DNA of 64,000 bases from Candidatus Limnocylindria bacterium (GTDB lineage Bacteria > Methylomirabilota > Methylomirabilia > Rokubacteriales > CSP1-6), in assembly GCA_035524955.1 (NCBI GenBank), contig DATLFG010000064.1:2309-66308 (forward strand), read 5' to 3'. Positions 38,201-46,004 of the stretch are shown here, piece after piece. Each line of letters starts with the position of its first letter. Within the stretch, counting starts at the first letter, position 1. The notes under the pieces were generated by a model. The model saw nothing but the letters and a program-made list of their open reading frames with translations. It searched no databases and was not told the origin of the DNA. The translations under genes were made by a program, and so were the position numbers.

Positions 38201-39269
38201 GACGCCGCTCACCTCCATCAAGGGGTCGCTGCACCTGCTGCTGTCCGACGACCGCCTGACGCTCGACGAGACCCAGCGCCACCTGGTGGACATCTCGCTC
38301 AAGAACACCGACCGGCTCATCCGGCTGATCAACAACATCCTGGACATCTCGAAGATGGAGGCGGGCCACATCCATCTCGACCTGGAGCTGCACCGCCCGC
38401 TGGACTTCGTCGAGATGGCGGTGGAGGGGATCCGGGGATTCGCGGAGTCGCGCGGCATCGCGATCGAATCCCGGGTGACCACCGACGTGCCGGTGGTGAG
38501 CGTGGACTTCGACCGGATGGTGCAGGTGGTGACCAACCTGCTCTCCAACGCGATCAAGTTCTCGCCGGAGCGCGGCCTCGTCACGGTGGGGGCCAGGCGC
38601 TCCGGCGCCGATCTCGAGATCTGGGTGACCGACCAGGGACAGGGCATCGCCCCCGAGGACGTGGGCCGTCTCTTCCGCAAGTTCCAGCAGCTCGACGGCC
38701 GTACCGTGCGCGCGGTGGGCGGCACCGGGCTCGGGCTCGCGATCTGCCGCGGCATCGTGGAGGAGCACGGCGGGCGGATCGGGGTGGACAGCCGGCCCGG
38801 CGCGGGCGCGACCTTCACGGTGCGCCTGCCGTTGCCCGCCACCGCGGGCGCCGCGCCGAGCGGGGAGCGGCCGGAGGAGCGCAAGGAGGAGGCCCCGCTG
38901 GTCCTGGTGGTGGACGACGATCCCGACGTGCGCGCGCTGCTGCGGGACGTGCTGCAGATCGGCGGGCTCCGGGTCATCGAGGCCGGCCGCGTCCTGGAGG
39001 GCGTGGAGCTGGCCCGCCAGCGTCGACCCGACGTGATCACGATGGACCTCATGCTGCCCGATCTCGATGGCTTCGAGGCGATCCGGCTCCTGCGCGAGCA
39101 GCCCGAGACCCGGAACACCCCGGTGGTGGTGCTGAGCGCGATCGAGGTCGAGCCCGGCGATCCCCGGGTGCTCGGCGCCACCGTGTGCCTGGCCAAGCCG
39201 TTCAGCTCGGCCGACGTGCTCAAGGCGATCCGCTCGCGACTGCCGCCGCGCGACGGGGTCGGCCCGTGA
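35220..39269 (+). CDS. Hybrid sensor histidine kinase (about 5 GAF + PAS + HisKA + HATPase + REC)
   Basis: 1349 aa. Five successive ~165-aa GAF-like units, each ending in ...NARL(Y/H/F)E-type helices. PAS (FASTSDGFLGLD...). H-box SHELRTPL, G-boxes DQGQGI and GGTGLGLAI. Receiver LVVDDDPDV...DLMLPDLDG. Confidence 0.9.
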   Translation: MSRESAGGLESRLRETAALLAVARVASATTDFGEALRLICRELARLTGAETVSAYVRQAVGAELRPVAAYHVPKDGFEILVTARLSADEQRGFDAVFQSGQVIWSDDLPNDPRFAIPLFRRFPHQSGLVIPLSIDGQVAGAFYLVWWTARRRFEDAELATLQAIGEQAGVLLRNARLHEALNLRAARLHTLARLNQLVSSSLEPDEVLGGIASAAVELMQVPAVAVWVVDAAVKRIEVRAAAGGLTQFPRRPVDVGQGDVGWVAAERRQLEVADIAADPRATDPEWWRRSGLKSFLGVPIIFRDLLLGVLVLSGHGPLHFGPDDRELLEIFVSQSAAAIAKARLFQDIQDRRQLTEDLYALTQAMDRSMDLQERVEIFATGANRALSFDRLNVWLGEDDGLHLRLVSGSDAGPDVPRLIPLRDSGGLQVVWDSGITLMVGSDEQLAQVPPLARELHSHPVLRTRRFALVPLLVQGRPIGVVSVDNKTSRRPVTRRGIAHLELFCQQLATSVNNARLYGETRQRERDATILLDVTRKLSATLKLDEVIDLISDGVIEALGCAAAGFYRWDAARAGLVPVRSRNHAMDFARPLLLRPGEGVTGRAYAERRPVWCADRLADASLVYSGPNAAAMARPDAPRAFAAAPILIRDEVFGVLGGSYFQPHVFTEREISLLSSLAAQGAVAIENARLYSVTQQNLAGAALLNAAARTLHRTLDVKRLLPDAAGTLAQTFGARRAGIVLFEERGGGPSGVISWGDWSHESVRALAEPLRRREAPLLIPDSGARSDLVTAGVLGPEEALAAFPVRGRSRVLGGLLLLFPTPRALTEAETRLVAAYADQLAMALDNATLFEEAENQKTRLEQVFASTSDGFLGLDLERRVVALNRQGGALLGIDPHEVTGRPLAQLVETLAGSVEWEAPGGRALATAVEQAGEPADGDLEVRLPDRRTLRWLTTPTRDLLGAVVGTTITLRDVTREREIDRMKTEFVSTVSHELRTPLTSIKGSLHLLLSDDRLTLDETQRHLVDISLKNTDRLIRLINNILDISKMEAGHIHLDLELHRPLDFVEMAVEGIRGFAESRGIAIESRVTTDVPVVSVDFDRMVQVVTNLLSNAIKFSPERGLVTVGARRSGADLEIWVTDQGQGIAPEDVGRLFRKFQQLDGRTVRAVGGTGLGLAICRGIVEEHGGRIGVDSRPGAGATFTVRLPLPATAGAAPSGERPEERKEEAPLVLVVDDDPDVRALLRDVLQIGGLRVIEAGRVLEGVELARQRRPDVITMDLMLPDLDGFEAIRLLREQPETRNTPVVVLSAIEVEPGDPRVLGATVCLAKPFSSADVLKAIRSRLPPRDGVGP

Positions 39270-40441
39270 GTCCCGCCCGCATCCTGGTCGTGGACGATGA
39301 GGCCGACATCAACACGATCCTGAGCGTGACCCTGCGGCGCGCGGGCTACGAGGTCATCAGCGCGGCCGACGGGCTCGAGGCCCTCGAGGTCATCCAGCTC
39401 CACGCCCCCGACCTGATCCTGCTCGACGTGATGATGCCGCGCGCGGACGGGCTCGAGGCCCTGCGCCGCATCCGGGAGCACGGACCCACCGCGCACACGC
39501 CGGTGATCATGCTGACCGCCAAGGGCACGCTCGCCGACAAGATGAAAGGGTTCGAGCGGGGCGCCGACGACTATGTGGCCAAGCCGTTCGAGCCGGCCGA
39601 GGTCCTGGCCCGCGTGCAGGCGCTGCTCAAGCGCACCGCCCAGTCGCGGGTGGTGCGCCCGCTCCTGAGTGTGCTGGGCGACTGGTTCACCGCCGAGCAC
39701 ATGGCCCAGTTCGGCCGCGACCTCGAGGCGGCCCGTGACATCCAGCAACGCCTGCTGCCGCCGGTGCCCGCGCGCGTGGCCGGGCTCGACGCGGGGGCGG
39801 TATTGCGCTCGTCGACCATCGTGGGGGGGGACTTCTTCGACATCTTCCCGATGGGCGAGCGCCTCGGGGTGGTGGTCGGCGACGTCTCCGGCAAGGGCAT
39901 TCCCGCCGCGCTGCTCATGGTCATGGTGCGGACGCTCCTGCGCGAGATCGCCCGGGCCGTGGCCGAGCCGGCGGATGTGCTGGCCCGGCTGAACGCCTCC
40001 CTCTGCCGGGACATGCCGCCGTCCATGTTCGTGACGCTGGTGCTGGCGGGGCTCGACCCATCCGATCCGGGTCGCGTGGTGCTCGCGGGCGGCGGCCATC
40101 CCGACCCGGTGGTCATCCGCGCGGACCGGGGCGCCGCGGTGGCCTCGCTCGGCGCGGCGGGCGGCACGATGCTCGGCGTGTTCGCCGACTCCGCGTTCGA
40201 GCAGATCGAGCTGACGCTGGCCGCGCCCGGCGATACGCTCCTGTTGCTGACCGACGGCATCGTGGAGGCCCAGAGCGCGGACGGGAGCCGCCCCGGCATG
40301 CCGGCCCTGCTGCCGTTCCTCGAGCGCGAGCGCGCCCTGAGCGCGCAGGCGCTGGCGGACCGCCTGACCGCGGACGTGCTCGATCGCGCCGGCTCGCGCC
40401 GGCAGGACGACATGACGGTCTTCGTGCTCAAACGCTCCTGA
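39266..40441 (+). CDS. Response regulator with PP2C/SpoIIE phosphatase output (RsbU-like)
   Basis: GTGA overlap with the kinase. REC domain (ILVVDDEADI...DVMMPRADG...KPF). PP2C motifs GGDFFDIF, VVGDVSGKG, TDGIVEA, DDMTVFVL. Confidence 0.9.
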   Translation: MSPARILVVDDEADINTILSVTLRRAGYEVISAADGLEALEVIQLHAPDLILLDVMMPRADGLEALRRIREHGPTAHTPVIMLTAKGTLADKMKGFERGADDYVAKPFEPAEVLARVQALLKRTAQSRVVRPLLSVLGDWFTAEHMAQFGRDLEAARDIQQRLLPPVPARVAGLDAGAVLRSSTIVGGDFFDIFPMGERLGVVVGDVSGKGIPAALLMVMVRTLLREIARAVAEPADVLARLNASLCRDMPPSMFVTLVLAGLDPSDPGRVVLAGGGHPDPVVIRADRGAAVASLGAAGGTMLGVFADSAFEQIELTLAAPGDTLLLLTDGIVEAQSADGSRPGMPALLPFLERERALSAQALADRLTADVLDRAGSRRQDDMTVFVLKRS

Positions 40442-40782
40442 TAATCCGCATGGCTATTGCTGCCCTCACGCTCCGGGTGGGAGGCGTGACGGTGATCGAG
40501 AAGGCGCAGGCCACGAAGGCGTTGGTGCTACGGGCTCCAGGGGGCTTCCGCTCCTGCGTCGAGTGGCTGGCGTGGCCATGCGCGCGCGGGGCGGATGGGG
40601 CGGAGGGCTGGCGATCGCGCTGGCCGGTGCACCCCCTTCGGCGTCTGCTCCGGTGCGAGGCGGAACCACCGGCGTGGGAGCGCGCGGCGCCGGGTGCACC
40701 GCCCCGCAGCCGGCCAATGTGGCGGCGACGGTGGCCTCGAAGCAGGCGGTGACGCAGTGAAGCAGCCGCCGTCCGCCCCGGA

Positions 40783-40974
40783 TCAGCCGAAGATCAGATA
40801 GATCGCGACGCCGAGGAGCGCCAGCCAGACCGCGATGCCGACGAGGGCGGCGGTCTGGCCCTTGACGGGCTTGCCACCGGATCGCCGCCGGGAGACGCGG
40901 ACGCTGGTGAGGAGGATCAGGACGATCCCCGCCACCAGGATGATCGCGTCGACCAGGGCCACGGACTCGTCCAT
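40783..40974 (-). CDS. Small two-TM membrane protein (63 aa)
   Basis: MDESVALVDAIILVAGIVLILLTSVRVSRRRSGGKPVKGQTAALVGIAVWLALLGVAIYLIFG. Two hydrophobic helices separated by a basic loop. Confidence 0.5.
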   Translation of the reverse strand: MDESVALVDAIILVAGIVLILLTSVRVSRRRSGGKPVKGQTAALVGIAVWLALLGVAIYLIFG

Positions 40975-41004
40975 GCGAGCTGCCTCGGGGAGAGTGGCCC
41001 TCGG

Positions 41005-41484
41005 TCAGCGCGTCGCCGGCGCGTCGGGCGGGCGCGGCGGAGCAATCCGGATGTCGCGGATGGCTTCGATGCGCGCGCGCCGCTCCAGCTCGTCCGCGTC
41101 GAAGGCGCTCTCCTGATTGTCGGCTGACCGTACCACATAGGCGGGGCCGGTGGAGCCGTCGGGGAACGTGTGCTGGCGCTCGAGCCGTGCGACGATGCCC
41201 AGCGGCGCTCCATCCGCCATGCGGCTCAAGGTGTCGCCGGGACGGAAGAAGAACGCCCACTCGGTCTGGCCCAGGGAGCGGGAGACGGCCGGGGCGGGCG
41301 GCTCGGCGGGCGAGGCCGGCGGGACTTCGGCCGGCTGCGACGGGATCACCGCAGATGGAGCGGGCGGCGACGGAGCGGGCGCCTCCCGCGGCGCCCACAG
41401 CACGCCGAAGGCGGTGATCACGACCAGCAGCCCGAGCAGGACGCCGCCCAGGACCTTGAGGCGCAATGCGGTGGCCACCGTCAT
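41005..41484 (-). CDS. Membrane-anchored hypothetical protein (TM + Pro-rich linker + ~90-aa domain)
   Basis: ATG at 41484 (MTVATALRLKVLGGVLLGLLVVITAFGVLW). PAP/SPP-rich linker. The C-terminal domain has no motif I recognise. Confidence 0.5.
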   Translation of the reverse strand: MTVATALRLKVLGGVLLGLLVVITAFGVLWAPREAPAPSPPAPSAVIPSQPAEVPPASPAEPPAPAVSRSLGQTEWAFFFRPGDTLSRMADGAPLGIVARLERQHTFPDGSTGPAYVVRSADNQESAFDADELERRARIEAIRDIRIAPPRPPDAPATR

Positions 41485-41726
41485 GGCAGGAGGAGAAGGC
41501 AAGAACAGGGCCACTCGCCCTTCCAGTAATTGCACGCACTTAGCGTCGCTGCGCTGCGTCGTTTGACAAAGACTGGGCACCCGACCTGACAAGCTCCGGA
41601 GCCCGAGAGGCTTCGGTGACCTCAACTGTTTGATTTCGTGCGGCGGCCGGCATGGCTTGGCTCTTGCTGACTTACCCGGGCGGACGAGAGACGCGCCATG
41701 AACGAGACTCGGGGGACCCCGACGCG

Positions 41727-41807
41727 ATGCTGCTGACGACGCTGATCACCTTGCTGTTCATTGGGGTAAGTTCGGTCATTCTCTGGCTTTCGATAGGCGC
41801 CGAATAG
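41727..41807 (+). CDS. Hydrophobic micro-ORF (26 aa, or 51 aa from ATG 41652)
   Basis: MLLTTLITLLFIGVSSVILWLSIGAE, a single TM. Its stop abuts the AGGAGGAAGG SD of the next ORF. It lies in the lowest-GC stretch of the window. Confidence 0.3.
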   Translation: MLLTTLITLLFIGVSSVILWLSIGAE

Positions 41808-41820
41808 GAGGAAGGCGGCC

Positions 41821-42057
41821 ATGGGCACGCCCATAGCGGAGCAGGGCATCTCGCTGGAGACGGTGATGAAGCGCGGGGCACTGGTGTGCGTCGTCGCGGC
41901 GGGCGGTGTCGCGGTGGGACTGGCCGTCTGGGCCCTGCGCCGCTGGCAGGACGAGCGCCAGCATCAGGCCTGGCGCGCGTCGGTCAGTGCGGATCCCTAT
42001 CGGCGCGACCGCAACGCCTACCCGGTCGGCGCCCCGCTCGGGTACGCGCGCCGGTAG
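41821..42057 (+). CDS. Small membrane protein (78 aa)
   Basis: Strong SD AGGAGGAAGG 5 nt upstream of the ATG. TM segment GALVCVVAAGGVAVGLAVWAL. Confidence 0.5.
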   Translation: MGTPIAEQGISLETVMKRGALVCVVAAGGVAVGLAVWALRRWQDERQHQAWRASVSADPYRRDRNAYPVGAPLGYARR

Positions 42058-42138
42058 CGCTCCTCCAGCTTCGCCCGTCGTTCCCCCCCAGCCCCCACGC
42101 GGGCCCCCAGCGCCCACGCGGGATGGGCGCCGCTGCGC

Positions 42139-42147
42139 TGCTATACT
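42139..42147 (+). promoter_or_regulatory. Extended -10 promoter element (TGcTATACT)
   Basis: TG at 42139-42140, one nt, then TATACT at 42142-42147. No good -35. Lies upstream of the kinase::STAS/pel genes. Confidence 0.4.
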
Positions 42148-42173
42148 GAATCGCGCGATGTGGGGACCAGAGC

Positions 42174-43004
42174 GTGACCCGGGCAGAGCGTGACCCCGCG
42201 GCGCCCGGCCGCTTCACGATGTCGAGCGAGGCCCCCCAGCTCGCGCGGCTGCGTGAGTGGCTGCGCGAGGAGCTGGCCGGCCTCGGCGTGGAGCGCAAGA
42301 CCCTGGCGGCCCTCGTGCTGGCGGTGGGCGAGCTGTGCGCCAACTCCATCGAGCACGCTTACGAGGGCCGGGGTGGGCAGCCCATCCACGTCTCGATCCT
42401 GGGCCTCGAGGACCGGCTGGTCCTCGAAGTGGAGGACTTCGGACGGGCCTTCGACGCCGGCCGCTACGTCGAGCCAGATCTCGACGCGCTCCCGGACCAC
42501 GGGCTGGGCGTTCACCTGGTCCACCGTATCGCCGATTCGGTCTCGGTGGATGTGCGCCGGGAGCGGGGGACCCGGTGGACCCTCGTCAAGTTCCGGCCGG
42601 GTCATGGCCCGGCCGATCGCTCGATCGTGGAGAGCGGCGCCACGCCGCCGGCTCGATCAGGAGAGGCCATGGACATTGACGTAGCTCGCTCGGCCGCGAT
42701 CACGGTGGTCGTTCCCCGGGGCGACCTCGACATGGCGGCCGCGGATCAGATGAAGCAGGCCCTGACCGGCCTCGTCAACGAGGGGTCGGTCAAGCTGCTG
42801 GTGGATCTCGAGCAGGTCGGCTACATCGACAGCTCGGGCATGGGCGCCCTGGTCGCGACGCTCAAGCACGCCCGCGCCGCGGGCGGCGATCTGCGCCTCT
42901 GCGCGCTGCAGGATGACGTGCGGGCGATCTTCGAGATGACCCGGCTCAACAAGGCCGTCACGATCCACGGCACCCGGGGCGAGGCGCTGGCCGCGTGGGT
43001 CTGA
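42174..43004 (+). CDS. RsbW/SpoIIAB-like anti-sigma serine kinase fused in frame to STAS (anti-sigma antagonist) domain
   Basis: N-box ELCANSIEHAY, G1 VEDFGRAFD, G2 HGLGVHLV (aa ~16-140). Linker. STAS with the phosphorylatable motif YIDSSGMGAL (aa 166-276). No stop between the two domains. The likely start is ATG 42219 or GTG 42174. Confidence 0.8.
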   Translation: MTRAERDPAAPGRFTMSSEAPQLARLREWLREELAGLGVERKTLAALVLAVGELCANSIEHAYEGRGGQPIHVSILGLEDRLVLEVEDFGRAFDAGRYVEPDLDALPDHGLGVHLVHRIADSVSVDVRRERGTRWTLVKFRPGHGPADRSIVESGATPPARSGEAMDIDVARSAAITVVVPRGDLDMAAADQMKQALTGLVNEGSVKLLVDLEQVGYIDSSGMGALVATLKHARAAGGDLRLCALQDDVRAIFEMTRLNKAVTIHGTRGEALAAWV

Positions 43005-43864
43005 CGCGGCGCCTGCTCGCCGCCGCCCTCGCGCTGGGGCTCGGCGGAGCGTCGGCACCGGCCGCCTCTCCGGCTCGTCCCCTGGCGGGCGTGCGCACCT
43101 GGGTTGTCTATTACGCCGCGTCCCCCGAGGCGGCCGCGGACCTCGCCCGCTTCGACGTGGTCGTGCTCGATCCCCACGGTCACCCGCCGTTTCCCCTGGT
43201 CAAGCGGCACGGCTCGCTCCTGCTGACCTACGTGAGCCTGGGCGAGGTGCACACGAGCCATCCCGCCTACGCGGCCATCGCCGCCGAGCCGTGGGTGCTG
43301 TCCGCCAACCCGAACTGGCCCGACGCGCGCCGCCTCGACGTGCGCGCGTCCACCTACGAGCGCTGGCTGCTCGACCGGGTGGTGCCGGCTGCGCTGGCCG
43401 GCCCGGTCAATGGGCTCTTCCTCGACACCGCCGACACCGCGCTCGACCTCGAGCGGAGGGAGCCGCGCCGCTTCGAGGGCACGGCCCACGCCCTCGAGCG
43501 TGTGCTCGTGGAGATGAAGCGCCGGAACCCGCGCACGCTGCTGATGATCAACGGCGGTCTCCCGATCGTGGAGCGGCTGGCGACGGTGCTGGACGCGGTC
43601 GCACTCGAGTCGATCTGGACCGACTACGACTTCAAGTCCAAGGCCTACCGGATCCGGGCGGACGACGAGGCGGAGTCCCGGGCGCTCCTCCTGGACCGGG
43701 TGGTCGCGCTGGGCCTGCCGGTGTTCACGCTCGAGTACACGGCGGCCGACCACGGCGCGCCCTGGCCGGCCGAGCTGATCCGCCGCGCGCGGGCCCGGGG
43801 ATTCATCCCGTACGTGTCCATGATCGAGCTCGATCAGGTCTCGACGCACACCCTCGCTCCATGA
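42995..43864 (+). CDS. pelA: PelA-like glycoside hydrolase domain protein (TM1410/GH114-GH166-type TIM barrel)
   Basis: Signal peptide. WVVYYAASPEAAADLARFDVVVLDP...GLFLDTADT pattern, as in the PelA N-terminal hydrolase and endo-alpha-1,4-polygalactosaminidases. First gene of the pel cluster. The family assignment is by eye. Confidence 0.7.
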   Translation: MGLTRRLLAAALALGLGGASAPAASPARPLAGVRTWVVYYAASPEAAADLARFDVVVLDPHGHPPFPLVKRHGSLLLTYVSLGEVHTSHPAYAAIAAEPWVLSANPNWPDARRLDVRASTYERWLLDRVVPAALAGPVNGLFLDTADTALDLERREPRRFEGTAHALERVLVEMKRRNPRTLLMINGGLPIVERLATVLDAVALESIWTDYDFKSKAYRIRADDEAESRALLLDRVVALGLPVFTLEYTAADHGAPWPAELIRRARARGFIPYVSMIELDQVSTHTLAP

Positions 43865-43871
43865 CCGGCCC

Positions 43872-46004
43872 ATGATCAGAAAGCTCTCGCGGCGCGCCCT
43901 GCTCGGGCGCTCGGCGGCCGCGGCGGGCGCGCTGGCGCTGCGGGGGGCCGGCGTGTGGGCGCCCGTGGCGGAGGCCGCTCCCGCCCCGATGGCGCCGGCC
44001 ACGGGCAACCTGCCGCGGTACGTACTGGCCCTCTACAAGTCCGCCGAGGTCTACAACGACGTGGACGGCCGGCGACCCAAGACCGCCACCTTCAACGAGG
44101 TCCACAGCTGGGCCCAGATGCCGCTCAACTGGCTCGGGCTCATGGTCGAGTATCACGATGTCGACCGGGGCCTGCCCGATGAGCGGACCATGTCCCGCTA
44201 CCGTGGGGTGGTCACGTGGTTCCAGACCGAGGAGATGACGGCGCCCCTCGACTACGTGCGCTGGCTGGGCGCGCAGGTCCGGGCCGGGCGTCGGGTGGTG
44301 ATCCTCGACAACCTGGGCGCGCTCCGTGACCGCAAGAGCCTGCGAACCCTCGATCTCGCGGTGGTCAATCAGGCTCTCGCGCCGAGCGGGCTCGAGTTCC
44401 TGGGCAACTGGACGGGCAACCAGCAGGTCATCGAGGTGCGCCACAAGGATCCCAAGATGGTGGAGTTCGAGCGGCCGCTCCCGCCCGGGTTGCCGTACTA
44501 CCAGCAGGTGGTCTCGCGCCGGCCCGATTCGCGCGCGCACCTCGTGCTGGCCCGTCGCGACCTGCCGGACTCCGAGAGCCACATGGTGGTGACCGGCCCG
44601 TGGGGCGGGTTCGCAGCCGCGGAGTATACCCGCTTCCAGTTCCCGGGTGCGGCGGGCGCGCAGTGGTGGATCGACCCCTTCGCGTTCTTCCGCGAGGCGC
44701 TCGGGGTGGGGGACTGGCCGCGGCCCGACACCACGACCCAGTGCGGGCGGCGCATCTTCTACTCCCACATCGACGGGGACGGCCTGCGCAATCGCTCGGA
44801 GGTTCGCAAGGGCGCCTCGAGCGGCCAGATCGTTCTCGACGAGATCCTCTCGCGGTACCGTCTACCCACCAGCGTGTCGGTGGTGGTGGCCGAGGTGGAG
44901 CCGTCGCTTCTCGGCTCGCCCGAGTTCCACGAGCTCGCCCGCGCCATCTACCGGCTGCCGACCGTGGAGGCGGGCAGCCACTCCTACACGCATCCGCTGG
45001 ACTGGGAGAAGCAGACCCGGAGCTTCACGCCGGCCTCCATCCCCTACTCGGTGGAGACCGAGACCGCGGGCTCCATCCGCTACATCGAGGAGCGGCTCCT
45101 GCCGGCGGGCAAGCGGGTCCGCCTCTTCCAGTGGTCCGGGTCCACGCGGGTGAGCGAGGAGGCGATCGCCATCCTCGCGCGGCTGGGGGTCCCGAACATC
45201 AACGGCGGCGACACCATGCGCGACCGGGAGTGGCCGAGCTACACGCGGGTCGCGCCGCTGATGCGCCAGGTGGGCCGGCACTGGCAGACGTACACCTCGG
45301 CCTCCAACGAGAACCTCTACACCAACCTGTGGACGGGGCCCTTCTACGGCTTTCGCCACGTGGTCGAGACGTTCGAGAACACCGAGAAGCCGCGGCGCGT
45401 CGCGCCGGTCAACGTCTACTATCACTTCTACTCGGCCGAGCGCGTGGCCGCGCTGGCCTCGCTACGCTACGTGCACGACTGGGTCGCGCGGCAGCCTCTC
45501 GCGCGGCTCTTCACCAGTGAGTACCTCGCCATCGTGGAGGGCTTCCGGACCGCCCGCATCGCCCGCGCCGCGCCCGGCTGGCGCGTCTGGGACCACGGCG
45601 CCCTGCGCACGGTGCGCTTCGACGACACACGGGCGCCGGTGGATCTCGCGCGCTCGCGCGGCGTGCTCGGGTTCGTCCACCACCAGGGCGCGCTCTACGT
45701 GCACCTGGCCGGGCCCGAGCCCGCGCTGATCGTGCTCGGCGGCCGGCCACCCCGGACGCCGTACCTGGTGCAGGCGAGCCACCGGGTCACCGCCTGGAGC
45801 CGCGAGGCCGGGCGCGTCGCGGTGTCGCTCTCCGGCGTCGGCCCGAAGCTGGTCGAGCTGGCCGGCCTGCCTGCGGATCGCGACATGCCGGTGGAGATCC
45901 GCGAGGGCTCCGGGGCGCGGCGCGAGCAGGCACGGAGCGGGCCCGACGGCCACCTCACGGTCCGCGCCGGGGAGGCCACGGACGTGGAGATGCGGCTCGG
46001 GTGA
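43872..46004 (+). CDS. pelA: PelA-like polysaccharide deacetylase (CE4-type) multidomain protein
   Basis: Tat-like signal SRRALLGRSAAAAGALAL. CE4-like motifs HIDGDG and HSYTHP. 710 aa. Confidence 0.7.
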   Translation: MIRKLSRRALLGRSAAAAGALALRGAGVWAPVAEAAPAPMAPATGNLPRYVLALYKSAEVYNDVDGRRPKTATFNEVHSWAQMPLNWLGLMVEYHDVDRGLPDERTMSRYRGVVTWFQTEEMTAPLDYVRWLGAQVRAGRRVVILDNLGALRDRKSLRTLDLAVVNQALAPSGLEFLGNWTGNQQVIEVRHKDPKMVEFERPLPPGLPYYQQVVSRRPDSRAHLVLARRDLPDSESHMVVTGPWGGFAAAEYTRFQFPGAAGAQWWIDPFAFFREALGVGDWPRPDTTTQCGRRIFYSHIDGDGLRNRSEVRKGASSGQIVLDEILSRYRLPTSVSVVVAEVEPSLLGSPEFHELARAIYRLPTVEAGSHSYTHPLDWEKQTRSFTPASIPYSVETETAGSIRYIEERLLPAGKRVRLFQWSGSTRVSEEAIAILARLGVPNINGGDTMRDREWPSYTRVAPLMRQVGRHWQTYTSASNENLYTNLWTGPFYGFRHVVETFENTEKPRRVAPVNVYYHFYSAERVAALASLRYVHDWVARQPLARLFTSEYLAIVEGFRTARIARAAPGWRVWDHGALRTVRFDDTRAPVDLARSRGVLGFVHHQGALYVHLAGPEPALIVLGGRPPRTPYLVQASHRVTAWSREAGRVAVSLSGVGPKLVELAGLPADRDMPVEIREGSGARREQARSGPDGHLTVRAGEATDVEMRLG

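Noticed and set aside
35154-40099. Very long antisense ORFs (35154..38768, 1204 aa; 37721..40099, 792 aa) and the +1-frame ORF 36074..40441 over the histidine kinase / REC-PP2C genes
   Set aside because: The plus-strand frames at 35220 and 39266 carry clear GAF, HisKA, HATPase, REC and PP2C motifs. The alternatives are Arg/Pro/Gly-rich with no motifs (the last part of 36074..40441 is simply the REC-PP2C frame).
40450-40782. Candidate ORFs in the GC-rich gap after the REC-PP2C gene: plus 40450..40752 (100 aa), plus 40563..40760 (65 aa), and a minus-strand CTG-started lipoprotein-like ORF 40782..40466 (…ATLAGC lipobox)
   Set aside because: Each frame looks protein-like only for about 30-40 codons and then becomes Trp/Arg- or Pro-rich low complexity. 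There is no SD and no canonical start for the lipobox frame. I left the region unannotated and flagged it as unexplained in the findings.
41540-41820. Lower-GC intergenic stretch checked for a tRNA, tmRNA or other structured RNA gene
   Set aside because: I could not build a cloverleaf or any long conserved-looking helices by eye. Only the micro-ORF reading is reported, and an Rfam scan is still advisable.
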